A stretch of DNA of 64,000 bases, taken from the NCBI GenBank assembly GCA_964384105.1, contig CAYLJV010000001.1, positions 576,001 to 640,000 of the forward strand, in the 5' to 3' direction. A program made the position numbers and the translations under genes. How positions within the stretch are numbered: position 1 is the stretch's first letter; each line of letters starts with the position of its first letter. Below are positions 28,546 to 37,424 of this stretch, piece after piece. Source of the DNA: Candidatus Hadarchaeota archaeon. GTDB lineage: Archaea > Hadarchaeota > Hadarchaeia > Hadarchaeales > JAGGTB01. Below the pieces are notes generated by a model that saw nothing but the letters and a program-made list of their open reading frames with translations, was not told the origin of the DNA and ran no database searches.

Positions 28546-28651
28546 GCAATTATTAAAAATTTGACTTTTATTAACGACATGTTTTCACCTTAAGAAGTCC
28601 CTTACCAATAATATTTTGATGGAGGGGTTGACCTCTATTTAGGACGGTAGA

Positions 28652-29278
28652 GTGTTTACAGATTTTAATATGATAAAAATATGTAAAGTCGCTGTTATAA
28701 CATTCTTGATTCTATCAGTGTCCATGACTCTTTTGTGGATTCACAGTTCTAACTTCGAGAACCCTCCTAATTATGAAGCCACGGCGGAGGTCCTTTGGAT
28801 TTCGGACGGGGATACGGTTGGAGTTAGGATCTTAGAGATGGAAGAGTCATTTGCAACGGTAGATCCGGGGGAAGACATCGTCAGATTTGCTGGAATGGAT
28901 ACAGAGGAAATCCACAGAGAAGATGCGGTTTCTGAACATCCAGATGTTAAAGGACTTACCCAAGAAGAGTACGAAGAGACCGAATATTATGCTCGTGCTC
29001 TGAGATCCAAAAGAATAGTAGAGTCTCTTGTTCCGAAAGGTACGAGAGTGTATCTGGATATCGATGAAGGGTTAAAAGGAGGAAACTGCAGGGGCTATTT
29101 TGGAAGGTTGATCGCAGTTGTCTATACAAAGTATGAGAATAGATGGATAAATGTCAACGCTAGAGTATTGGCTCAGGAATATTCCATCTCAAACGATAAG
29201 GACTATGGATTAATGACAGATTATCCTTCAGAATTCGACCCAAACGACTGGCTTTCAGAGGACTACCCCTATGTTTGA
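28652..29278 (+). CDS. membrane-anchored thermonuclease (SNase) family protein
   Basis: N-terminal TM; SDGDTV, VRFAGMDTEE, GYFGRLIAVVY. Confidence 0.85.
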   Translation: MFTDFNMIKICKVAVITFLILSVSMTLLWIHSSNFENPPNYEATAEVLWISDGDTVGVRILEMEESFATVDPGEDIVRFAGMDTEEIHREDAVSEHPDVKGLTQEEYEETEYYARALRSKRIVESLVPKGTRVYLDIDEGLKGGNCRGYFGRLIAVVYTKYENRWINVNARVLAQEYSISNDKDYGLMTDYPSEFDPNDWLSEDYPYV

Positions 29279-29371
29279 CATCGGTTAGCTGGAACTTTAG
29301 TATGTATTTAGTTTTTCTGTTGGGGTACTTTTTGACTTGGTTTTATTGGATTTTTTTAACTGCTGGACTTT

Positions 29372-29830
29372 GTGAACTGGGGTGTTAACTTTTGTTTCAT
29401 TTTTTTCTCTTTTTAAAAATAGTTTTCCACCGAGTGAACAGGGGTGTTAACATTAGGAGCAAATTCGATGGTCTCGGTGAGTTTATAAGTCGGCGGGGAC
29501 GAATGAGGATTTTATATATACTCTTAGAGGAGCTGGAAACCCAGTCTGGGGTTGCTAGGAGATTAAAAATTACAAAAAATGCGGTTAACGGGTGGATAAA
29601 AGAGAAAAACAGGCATCCTAGCAATGAAAATATTTCAAAAATGTTAAAAATATTGAATGACAAAAATGAGAAGAAATTTAAGGAAATATTATTCAAAGAA
29701 TTGCAAACTTTCCAAAAATTAATATTCGAATTTTGAGGTTAAATCAAAAGTTAACCGGGGTGTTAACATTAATCCATTTCGTGTATCCTGCTTACTAAAT
29801 ATCAACTCGATAGTTAACTGGGGTGTTCAC
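29372..29830 (+). repeat. four 18-bp boxes GTKAAC-NGGGGT-GTTMAC in two pairs (29372, 29434, 29750, 29813)
   Basis: GTGAACTGGGGTGTTAAC, GTGAACAGGGGTGTTAAC, GTTAACCGGGGTGTTAAC, GTTAACTGGGGTGTTCAC. Within-pair periods are 62 and 63 bp; all have the same orientation. Confidence 0.9.
29434..29736 (+). CDS. Xre/Cro-like helix-turn-helix protein
   Basis: TQSGVARRLKITKNAVNGW...RHPSNE. Start uncertain (GTG 29434, ATT 29452 or a later ATG). Confidence 0.8.
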   Translation: MNRGVNIRSKFDGLGEFISRRGRMRILYILLEELETQSGVARRLKITKNAVNGWIKEKNRHPSNENISKMLKILNDKNEKKFKEILFKELQTFQKLIFEF

Positions 29831-29865
29831 ACCTCCATGAACGCCAGCTAATGTAGGAGTAGCAA

Positions 29866-30702
29866 TTAAATGAGGGCTCCTGTGAGAAACGCGATAAGTC
29901 CGAGTCCCATCGCAATCTTGTACAGTAGGGACGCTTTACTCGCAGACTCTTTCCTCTGATTTTTCCCTATTTTGATTATTCCCCATACGAATACTACCAC
30001 CGATGCTATTACTATCAAAAGATAATATTTTTCGAATAATCCCAGTTGATAAGGCAGGGGTGTCATAAGAATTGCTAGAACTGTGAATATTATAGCGAGA
30101 ATGGCAGCCTTTCTCTTTCCAAATTGTAGAGGAAATGATTCGGATCCTGATTTTTTATCCCCCCGAACATCTTCAATGTCTTTGATTAGCTCTCTCCCAG
30201 CTGTTGAAAAGGCAGCCATTGCGGCGAGAATTCCCACGGTTTCTAAACTGCCAGCTGCTAGCCCCCCAAATAGAAAAGTTGATCCAACAAGGTAGCTTAC
30301 AGCAATGTTTCCAAAAAGCCCTTTTCGCTTTAAACTAGTTGCGTAGTAGGCTAGGAGCCCAGAATTGACAACGGCTAATAGTAGGCACGAAACTTTCCTT
30401 ATAAATATCGAGGAGATTATTCCAAAAACAAAGAGCAGTATGCTTACAATGAGTGCTCCTGATGGACTTATCTTACCTGATGGAATTGGCCTATCTGGGT
30501 TGTTTATGGCATCTAGTTTTCTATCGGCGTAATCGTTTATCGCATTGCCCGCACCGGTTATCAGACCCGCTGCGATAAGAGCAAAGGTTATTCTCGGTGG
30601 AGGTATTCCACCGGCCGAGATTATCGCACCGATCAATACAGCAATAGCTGCAAATACACAGTTATGTGGCCTAATTAGGTTGAAAACAGCCTTTAATTTC
30701 AT
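29866..30702 (-). CDS. digeranylgeranylglyceryl phosphate synthase (UbiA family)
   Basis: LIRPHN, GNAINDYAD..LDAINNPDRPIPSG, RELIKDIEDVRGD. Confidence 0.92.
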   Translation of the reverse strand: MKLKAVFNLIRPHNCVFAAIAVLIGAIISAGGIPPPRITFALIAAGLITGAGNAINDYADRKLDAINNPDRPIPSGKISPSGALIVSILLFVFGIISSIFIRKVSCLLLAVVNSGLLAYYATSLKRKGLFGNIAVSYLVGSTFLFGGLAAGSLETVGILAAMAAFSTAGRELIKDIEDVRGDKKSGSESFPLQFGKRKAAILAIIFTVLAILMTPLPYQLGLFEKYYLLIVIASVVVFVWGIIKIGKNQRKESASKASLLYKIAMGLGLIAFLTGALI

Positions 30703-30995
30703 TTGATCACGAGTGTTAGCTACCCGTAGAGGGTTATTACATGGCTTTAAATTTTCTTTTCGGTTTTTCTATCTTGCCTTTTAATAAAAATTCAGTTAAA
30801 TCTGCTTTCTTGTGATAAAATTCGGTTCACTTGGTCATTCTGGCGGTCTTTTAGTCCTCACAGTCATATTGGTAATTTAGAAAGAGTGGATGATGGATTG
30901 GGGGATTATTATGCTTCTTCTTCTTTACTTTCACCTACCCCTCCCCGCTTTCCTTAAAAAGTCCTTTAAGTCCTTTAGAATGGAGGATGAAATGA

Positions 30996-32171
30996 ATGAT
31001 TTCCGCTACAAGGGGCCCTACTCTTTTGAGCGAACAGAATCCCTTGGAACATAAACTTGGTGAAATAGCGGAGAAGATAAGAGATCAGGGTAGAAAACGC
31101 CGTTTAATAGCTAAAGTACTCCGAAACGTAAAAAATGATCTTCGTTTACCCCTAGATGAGAGGGGACTGGGGATAGTAGAATCAGACCTAGTTTACAGGG
31201 TTGAAGATTGTGTTTTGGATGATATTGTAGTGGCGGGTATAGACGGCGGGGTTTTAAATAAACCTTTACATGGGCTTGACCTTATATTGGTTAGAGCATT
31301 GGCAGCCATTTTCTCCTACGAGGATGGAAAACTCTCTGATGTAGACTACCACCCGAGTGAGATGCCCACTCCAGATTTAGTAAATGTTCATGAACCCCTA
31401 GATTCGAGGGAAATCGATATTTTAGTTGGTTTAAAGAGGCAGATTTCCGAGATTGATAGAGCTCGGGAAACCGCCCAAAAGAAGGATGTCGATGTTATCA
31501 TGCTAGATGGTTCCGTTGTTCCTCAGTACACTAATAATGTTAGAGGCGAAATGACTCGGGAGCTCTACAAAAAGCTGATCTATTCTTACAGGGATTTATA
31601 TCAACTATGCGAAAAAAAGGAGATTCTACTTCTTGGAGCGGTAAAAGATAGCAGAAGTGCCAGGTTAGCAAAGCTATTTCAAAAAAAGATTTTCCCGAAG
31701 CTTGTAGAGGAAATGGATCTTTCCGTTGATGAATTGGATTCTATAGATAGGAACAGTGATATACTTCTTATCTCGAGGGATACGGATTTCTTGGACTATT
31801 TATTGGATGCCAAAGAGAGAAGCTTCACGTTCAAATATTCAGAATCTTCTGCCCCTCTTCTGAATGATCTTGGTGAATGGAAGGAGAGTATATACGCTTT
31901 CTACGTTAAACCTGTGCCGTACGACTGCCCGGTTAGAGTGGAATTCGTTAGTGATCAAAAAAGCGTTTTAGAAAGTGCAGAAAAATCCGCTGCACTTGTC
32001 AGCACTCTCTCGGCCAATCATGATGCTTGCGCGTTGCCATCTGTTTTGATAGAAGCGGATGCTCGGGCCGCCCTAGCTGAAGAGGAAATATCAATACTCA
32101 GGGACAGTATCGTAGACAGGTTGGAACCGTCTACCCTGGTGGAACTGCGGAGAGAAAGGAGGCCTTTCTAA
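30996..32171 (+). CDS. nurA: NurA 5'-3' nuclease
   Basis: AGIDGG, MLDGS, GAVKDS, P..LIEAD..A; stop/start overlap (TAATG) with herA. Confidence 0.88.
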   Translation: MISATRGPTLLSEQNPLEHKLGEIAEKIRDQGRKRRLIAKVLRNVKNDLRLPLDERGLGIVESDLVYRVEDCVLDDIVVAGIDGGVLNKPLHGLDLILVRALAAIFSYEDGKLSDVDYHPSEMPTPDLVNVHEPLDSREIDILVGLKRQISEIDRARETAQKKDVDVIMLDGSVVPQYTNNVRGEMTRELYKKLIYSYRDLYQLCEKKEILLLGAVKDSRSARLAKLFQKKIFPKLVEEMDLSVDELDSIDRNSDILLISRDTDFLDYLLDAKERSFTFKYSESSAPLLNDLGEWKESIYAFYVKPVPYDCPVRVEFVSDQKSVLESAEKSAALVSTLSANHDACALPSVLIEADARAALAEEEISILRDSIVDRLEPSTLVELRRERRPF

Positions 32172-33703
32172 TGGGTTCCGAGATCGGAACGGTTATATGC
32201 ACGCCGGATGGACCTTCGGCTAACAAGTTTTCGTTTGTGGTAACCAATACTAATGGCGAAATTCCAGTTAGAAGGGGACAGTTTATCGAGTTAAAGAGTG
32301 CTGAGGGAAAGATGATCGCCCAGGTTCAGAATATAATGAAGACCAACCGGTATTTCATGCGCCCTGAATCCGTAAAGGAATATGAAAAGGGAAGAAATTC
32401 TTTAAATTCAATCTTCCCGGCGGACCGATGGGAGTATATAGTGGCAGATGCAAGGGCCTCAGGAATCCAAACGGAGACTGGCTTAGAACAGGTAACGTTT
32501 CCAACTGCTCCAGGTGATAAGGTCTACGAGGCCAGCAGAGAAACACTCTCTCGATTCCTCGGCATCGATGAGAATGGTGGTGTGGATTTGGGAAAACTTC
32601 GATACCATGATCTTCCCGCGAAGCTTGACCTAACGAAGCTCCTGAGAAAGCACGTGGCCGTTTTAGCTATGAGTGGTGCGGGTAAGAGCTATAGCGCTTC
32701 CGTCCTCATAGAGGAACTTCTCGAGAGAAGTAAGGAACGGGGGAGGGTAGCTACGATAGTTGCTGACGTTCATGGGGAGTATACATCTCTGGCAAAATCT
32801 AATTCCAGTGGTGTGGATTACTCGGACAAGGTGACTCTCATAAGGGGGGAGAACGTGAAGATCGGCGTTCCGAACATGAGTGCTTACCGCTTTAGAGAAT
32901 TTACCCGGGATATGTCGGGAAGTCAGACCAGAGAACTGAACCGGGTTTTGGGTAAATTAAATTCCAAGATGAGATCCGGTGGTGGATTATATGATCTGGA
33001 TGACGTGATATCCAAGGTCGAGGAAAACGGCGAATCGAATAAGCAGTTGAGAAGAGCGTTGTTAGATAGACTTTACGATTTGAAGAACCTGAATATTTTT
33101 GGTAACAGCGATTACCCCAGCTGGAAGGAACTAGCGAAGCCCGGTAGAGCGGCTATCTTGGACCTTAGCAGAATATTCAGTCTACGCAAGAAAAGAATAA
33201 TCCTAACTTATTTTGCCAGGAAGCTTTTCAACAAAAGAAAGTCAGGACAAGCCCCACCCTTCGCATTCTTCGTAGAGGAAGCTCATCAATTTGCACCCTC
33301 TAAAAAATCGGTAATTTCCAGTTCGATCCTTAAGACCATCGCCAGGGAGGGTCGTAAGTTCTACGCGTCTCTTGTTTTGGTAAGTCAACGGCCCGTTCGG
33401 CTTTCTACCACGGTCCTTTCACAGGCCAATACCAACATAATTCTGAGAGTAACCAATCCTTACGATTTGGATCATATCAAAAAGTCCTCCGAGAGTATAA
33501 CGAAGGATACGGCCGATATTATTTCCTCTCTTCCGGTAGGACAGGCTTTGGTTGTTGGTGAAGCGGTAAACCATCCTGTTTTCATAAAGGTTCGAAAAAG
33601 AAAATCCAAGGAAGCGGAACACGGAACTGGACTTGAAGAAGTTGCAAAAAGGTACGAGGAAAAGAGAGACCAGGAAAAAGAAGACGTTGATGCCTTCATG
33701 TGA
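32171..33703 (+). CDS. herA: HerA helicase/ATPase
   Basis: HAS barrel, HVAVLAMSGAGKS, DVHGEY, EEAHQF, AREGRKF, SQRP. Confidence 0.92.
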   Translation: MGSEIGTVICTPDGPSANKFSFVVTNTNGEIPVRRGQFIELKSAEGKMIAQVQNIMKTNRYFMRPESVKEYEKGRNSLNSIFPADRWEYIVADARASGIQTETGLEQVTFPTAPGDKVYEASRETLSRFLGIDENGGVDLGKLRYHDLPAKLDLTKLLRKHVAVLAMSGAGKSYSASVLIEELLERSKERGRVATIVADVHGEYTSLAKSNSSGVDYSDKVTLIRGENVKIGVPNMSAYRFREFTRDMSGSQTRELNRVLGKLNSKMRSGGGLYDLDDVISKVEENGESNKQLRRALLDRLYDLKNLNIFGNSDYPSWKELAKPGRAAILDLSRIFSLRKKRIILTYFARKLFNKRKSGQAPPFAFFVEEAHQFAPSKKSVISSSILKTIAREGRKFYASLVLVSQRPVRLSTTVLSQANTNIILRVTNPYDLDHIKKSSESITKDTADIISSLPVGQALVVGEAVNHPVFIKVRKRKSKEAEHGTGLEEVAKRYEEKRDQEKEDVDAFM

Positions 33704-33771
33704 TATTTTGGAGCTCTTTCGAGATTTTTAAGTGTGTCCGTTGATGTAAGTAAAGAATCCGGGATGTTACT

Positions 33772-34590
33772 GTGGATGATCGTAAAAACTCGGCTTTGAA
33801 GAAAGTTTCCATAATAATTATTATCCTAGTGGTCATTTTTGGGCTTTCTTGGTATTTTGGCCTATGGTGGGTTTTTCCGAGATCAGAGAATATTCCGAAT
33901 GAGGAGAACTCACTTTTGGACAATTTTGAAAATCGGTCCAGTCTTAGTGACGATACGGAAAATTTAAATTTGGGGGAAAATTCGATACTTTTCAAGTACG
34001 AGGCAGAGTTCACGTACCTCGGCTCCGAGGAGAATAAGCCTCTTCAAAAGTACGGTATTCTTTTTCCGTGTCCTACGGTTGACAACGAACCCGTTTGGCC
34101 AGAGCCAAACATCTCGAGTGAAAATTTAAAATGGCAGTTATGGGGCAGAACGAGCGAGGGAAACTTGGTTCTCGAAGTCGATGACGATAATACAATTAGA
34201 CCAGTCGGTGACAGAAAGTTAAACGGATTTCCCAATTATGATAAAATGGCTGGGAGACCCTTTCTGGGGCCAATTTATTATTCCTGGTTGAATACCACTT
34301 GGAAGATTAATATCCAGAATGATTGGGATAATTTGTATCCCAAAGAAACAATTCTAGTTGAAGGAAACTTTTCTGTAAGTATCGAGAATTCGGAAAAAGT
34401 AACTCTAAGAGAGCATTATGGTAGCGTATTTGGAGCGCAATCCTGGATTAACTCTTTTGGCCCTGTTGATACATCAATTAGTGTATCTTTGTTGAAATGG
34501 GAAAATGGGAAATACGAGAAATCAGATGAATATTCTAGTTCGAAAAACGATTCGGGGAAAGGAGACTTTGTAAGACTGTATCCGACTTAG
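33772..34590 (+). CDS. membrane-anchored extracellular hypothetical protein
   Basis: N-terminal TM helix, Asn/Glu linker, beta-rich body. Confidence 0.75.
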   Translation: MDDRKNSALKKVSIIIIILVVIFGLSWYFGLWWVFPRSENIPNEENSLLDNFENRSSLSDDTENLNLGENSILFKYEAEFTYLGSEENKPLQKYGILFPCPTVDNEPVWPEPNISSENLKWQLWGRTSEGNLVLEVDDDNTIRPVGDRKLNGFPNYDKMAGRPFLGPIYYSWLNTTWKINIQNDWDNLYPKETILVEGNFSVSIENSEKVTLREHYGSVFGAQSWINSFGPVDTSISVSLLKWENGKYEKSDEYSSSKNDSGKGDFVRLYPT

Positions 34591-35985
34591 TTATGGCCAA
34601 GAATATCTTTTGGTTAAAGAAAAATTAGCGGTAGCAGTTGAATCCGAATTTGAATCATCAGTTCGAGACTTTTTTTCAGATTCGAAATAACCGCTTTTTT
34701 CTGCCATCACACTGAACGTATGAGTCTGACCCGGCCATCTTTCGTGAGCGTAAACATAGGATCCATCCGACCTGCTTACACTAATTCCACCAGCTCCACC
34801 TTGCCCTGTTTTTTCTCCGGAGAAAGAAACACCGTCGACTGTCATTAGAGGTTCATATATTCCAGAACTTGTTTCAGAGTCTTTGACGTAACCACCCACG
34901 CCTAGTAATTTTTTATAAACTGATTCACTGTCGTTTTCTTCGTTGGGTTTTACCTCACTGTCCCACTCGTTTATTACTTCATTCTCCTCTGGTGGCTTTT
35001 CTTTAGTTTCGAAGGATATTTCGTAGAATTTATTCTCTATTTTGGATCCATCTGATGCGGTTATTTCAATCGTTGAGTTAGCTTCAAGGAGGTCGAAAGG
35101 GGCATAAATGGTTACCTCGGTATTCACCTCGGAGGAGACACTAACCTTATCGTTTTCTATTTCCAGTTCTATTCGTTCGTCTTTTGCTTCCGTATCGATA
35201 TTGACGGTTCCTTCGTAGCCGTTTTCCCCTCTGATCGTTAAGGGTATCTTTAGGGAGGACCAGTTTTCGACCTCGTATTCCGTTATTCCATAAAGTGTAT
35301 TGTGGTAAGCGGTGTATTCCTCAGTTACATAAACTGGGATTCTTTTCACCCCATCTTTGTAGAGAAAGTCGTAATAGTGGGGAACCCAGATGCTATAAGA
35401 ATCAAAATAGTTTGGGTGTACTATGTGTACGTTCCAAAGTCCAAACCCTTGAAAGGCGCTCCACCCATAGTCTTTTCCTGCATCGGAAAATTCTGAGGTA
35501 TCTTGGAACGAGTTCGGTTCTACTGTGACATTTGGCCAACTATTGCCCCAAAAGAAGTCTCTCCAAAATCCATCATCCCTGTTTCTTTCGAGATGGTAGT
35601 ACATGTAGGGATCTATGCTTTCCAAGTTCATGTTTGTGTAAGGCGTTATTTCTCCGCCAACTGTGTAGATCGGTTCGGTCTTGTAGTGGTCCAAAACTTC
35701 TCTGGTAGCGGTGAAAGGTTCTACTACTAGATGTTCATAAGTATTTTCTATCCAACCTCTAAGCAATATTCCTGAGTTTTCATCAATTGGTGTGAACTCG
35801 TCAGTTTCAGTGATAGGAGTTTCCAATTCTAAGACAAAGTCTTTGGATCCGAAGTTTTCAATTGATTTTTCGTATGTTACGTAATCTCGTTCGTACTTAT
35901 CAGATTCGGCATGAGAAGCGGTGAAGGAAGCTAAAGAAAGAATCAACAATATCAATAAAAAAATCGAGAGGTTCGAATTTTTCAT
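34591..35985 (-). CDS. secreted acidic beta-rich protein (Ig-like; C-terminal carboxypeptidase-regulatory-like domain)
   Basis: Signal peptide; GYVKDSET...G.Y...MAEKSGY...ANFSL pattern. Confidence 0.75.
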   Translation of the reverse strand: MKNSNLSIFLLILLILSLASFTASHAESDKYERDYVTYEKSIENFGSKDFVLELETPITETDEFTPIDENSGILLRGWIENTYEHLVVEPFTATREVLDHYKTEPIYTVGGEITPYTNMNLESIDPYMYYHLERNRDDGFWRDFFWGNSWPNVTVEPNSFQDTSEFSDAGKDYGWSAFQGFGLWNVHIVHPNYFDSYSIWVPHYYDFLYKDGVKRIPVYVTEEYTAYHNTLYGITEYEVENWSSLKIPLTIRGENGYEGTVNIDTEAKDERIELEIENDKVSVSSEVNTEVTIYAPFDLLEANSTIEITASDGSKIENKFYEISFETKEKPPEENEVINEWDSEVKPNEENDSESVYKKLLGVGGYVKDSETSSGIYEPLMTVDGVSFSGEKTGQGGAGGISVSRSDGSYVYAHERWPGQTHTFSVMAEKSGYFESEKKSRTDDSNSDSTATANFSLTKRYSWP

Positions 35986-36083
35986 GATTTTATCTTCCGG
36001 TTCTCTAACGAATAAAGTTCGCTAGAATTAATAAATCTTGGTAAAAAAAGTGGGTAAAATGCCCTTCAGGTTTTTTCTGTGGC

Positions 36084-36863
36084 TTATAGAGACTTTTGAG
36101 GTTTTTGTTCGAATTCAATCGGTTTTGCCATTAATATTATGCTTCTTTCGCAGGCTTGTCGGAAAATTTCTTCTTGGAAAATTTTCTGTTCATAGTATTC
36201 GTGGATACTGGGAAGGATATCCCAGACTACATATTTGAATTCCAATGTTTCGGGTTCGCCGTTGGTCTCGTTCATTTTTTCCATAGACTTTTCAGCAGTA
36301 TTGAGGTTTTCCCTGCAAGACCTTTCGATTTCATTTACAGTTTCTTCGAAATCCAATCCATTTTCTAATTGTTTTAGGAATTTCTTCCCAGATCTGAAGG
36401 AAATCTCTCTGTAGAGTCCCAGCAGCTCTCTTATATTGAGCCAGTTAGAATCGACCTCAAATCTTTGAATTATCTTGGTTCCTATTCTGTCCGAAATTCT
36501 TTCTAATAAATTGTCATCGAAAGTTAATATGGGGAGCTGGAGATGCGCTGCGAGAAGTAGACCCCTCAAGTCAGTTAATGCAACTTTGCGATTAGTTTCG
36601 AACATTATCTGTCGGCCTATTTCATCGTAGAGTTCGGGTAGATGTATTGGATATACGCTTCTTCGTCTGACCATCTGTTTTAGAAGGCTGTATTTAACTG
36701 TCTGATTTCTTACCTGAATCAGTTTAGACCGGGATAACCAAGAATATGTAGAGCTTGGGATATACAATCCGGAGCACTGAAAGAATCTTTGAGCACCGTT
36801 CAATGATCTCCGATTTGTTAGAACGCTAGTGTCACAAACCGCACCGAAGTCTTTCGTGGGCAT
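36084..36863 (-). CDS. PIN-domain protein with a helical C-terminal extension
   Basis: AVCDTSVL...ALTDLRGLLLA...ILTFDDNL. Confidence 0.65.
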   Translation of the reverse strand: MPTKDFGAVCDTSVLTNRRSLNGAQRFFQCSGLYIPSSTYSWLSRSKLIQVRNQTVKYSLLKQMVRRRSVYPIHLPELYDEIGRQIMFETNRKVALTDLRGLLLAAHLQLPILTFDDNLLERISDRIGTKIIQRFEVDSNWLNIRELLGLYREISFRSGKKFLKQLENGLDFEETVNEIERSCRENLNTAEKSMEKMNETNGEPETLEFKYVVWDILPSIHEYYEQKIFQEEIFRQACERSIILMAKPIEFEQKPQKSL

Positions 36864-36996
36864 TTTACTTCCCGGGTTTAATTTGAGTGAAGGTCTTTTT
36901 TAAGGAGAAAATAATTTCAACCTATCGATCCGGATTAAAAGAAGTATGGAGTTCACATTTTTAAGAAAAGATTCAAAACTCCAAACAGGTGGAAAT

Positions 36997-37359
36997 GTGC
37001 CAAGGAAAATCACTATCTCTGCTTCTAACTTCGAGGTGGAGGCAGAGCTTTTAGAGGAAGAAAATCCTAGAACCTGCGACGAGATATGGGCGGCCTTACC
37101 ATTTGGTGGGGAGGCTAAGCTTTACTTGAAGGAAATTTATTTTGATATTCCTGCTGATATTGAACCAGAAAATCCGACAACAGAAACTACGAAGGGAGAT
37201 GTGTCCTACTGGCTAGAACAGCCCGTTTTCTGCATTTTCTTTGGGGAATCTCAGCCGGTTAGTGAGGTAAATACCTTCGCTAAAATTGATAAAGAAGAGG
37301 TAGAGAGGCTCAAAAACGTGGGATCTGGAGAAAAAATAGAAGTAAGTAGGTCGGAATAA
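36997..37359 (+). CDS. cyclophilin-like fold protein (DUF369)
   Basis: NPRTCDEIWAALPF, EIYF, GDVSYW, FCIFFG. GTG start after AGGTGG. Confidence 0.85.
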   Translation: MPRKITISASNFEVEAELLEEENPRTCDEIWAALPFGGEAKLYLKEIYFDIPADIEPENPTTETTKGDVSYWLEQPVFCIFFGESQPVSEVNTFAKIDKEEVERLKNVGSGEKIEVSRSE

Positions 37360-37424
37360 ATTCCTAGATTTCTTTCGAGTAGAATTTTATATTTTGTTTT
37401 AGAAGCAATCTAGAGGAGTTTTGA

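Noticed and set aside
29372-29830. 18-bp repeats read as a mini-CRISPR array or as ORB origin boxes
   Set aside because: The repeats are too short, occur only as two pairs separated by a gene, and one spacer contains a TATA box. No cas1 or cdc6 gene is nearby, and the motif does not match the ORB consensus (TTCCAGTGGAA).
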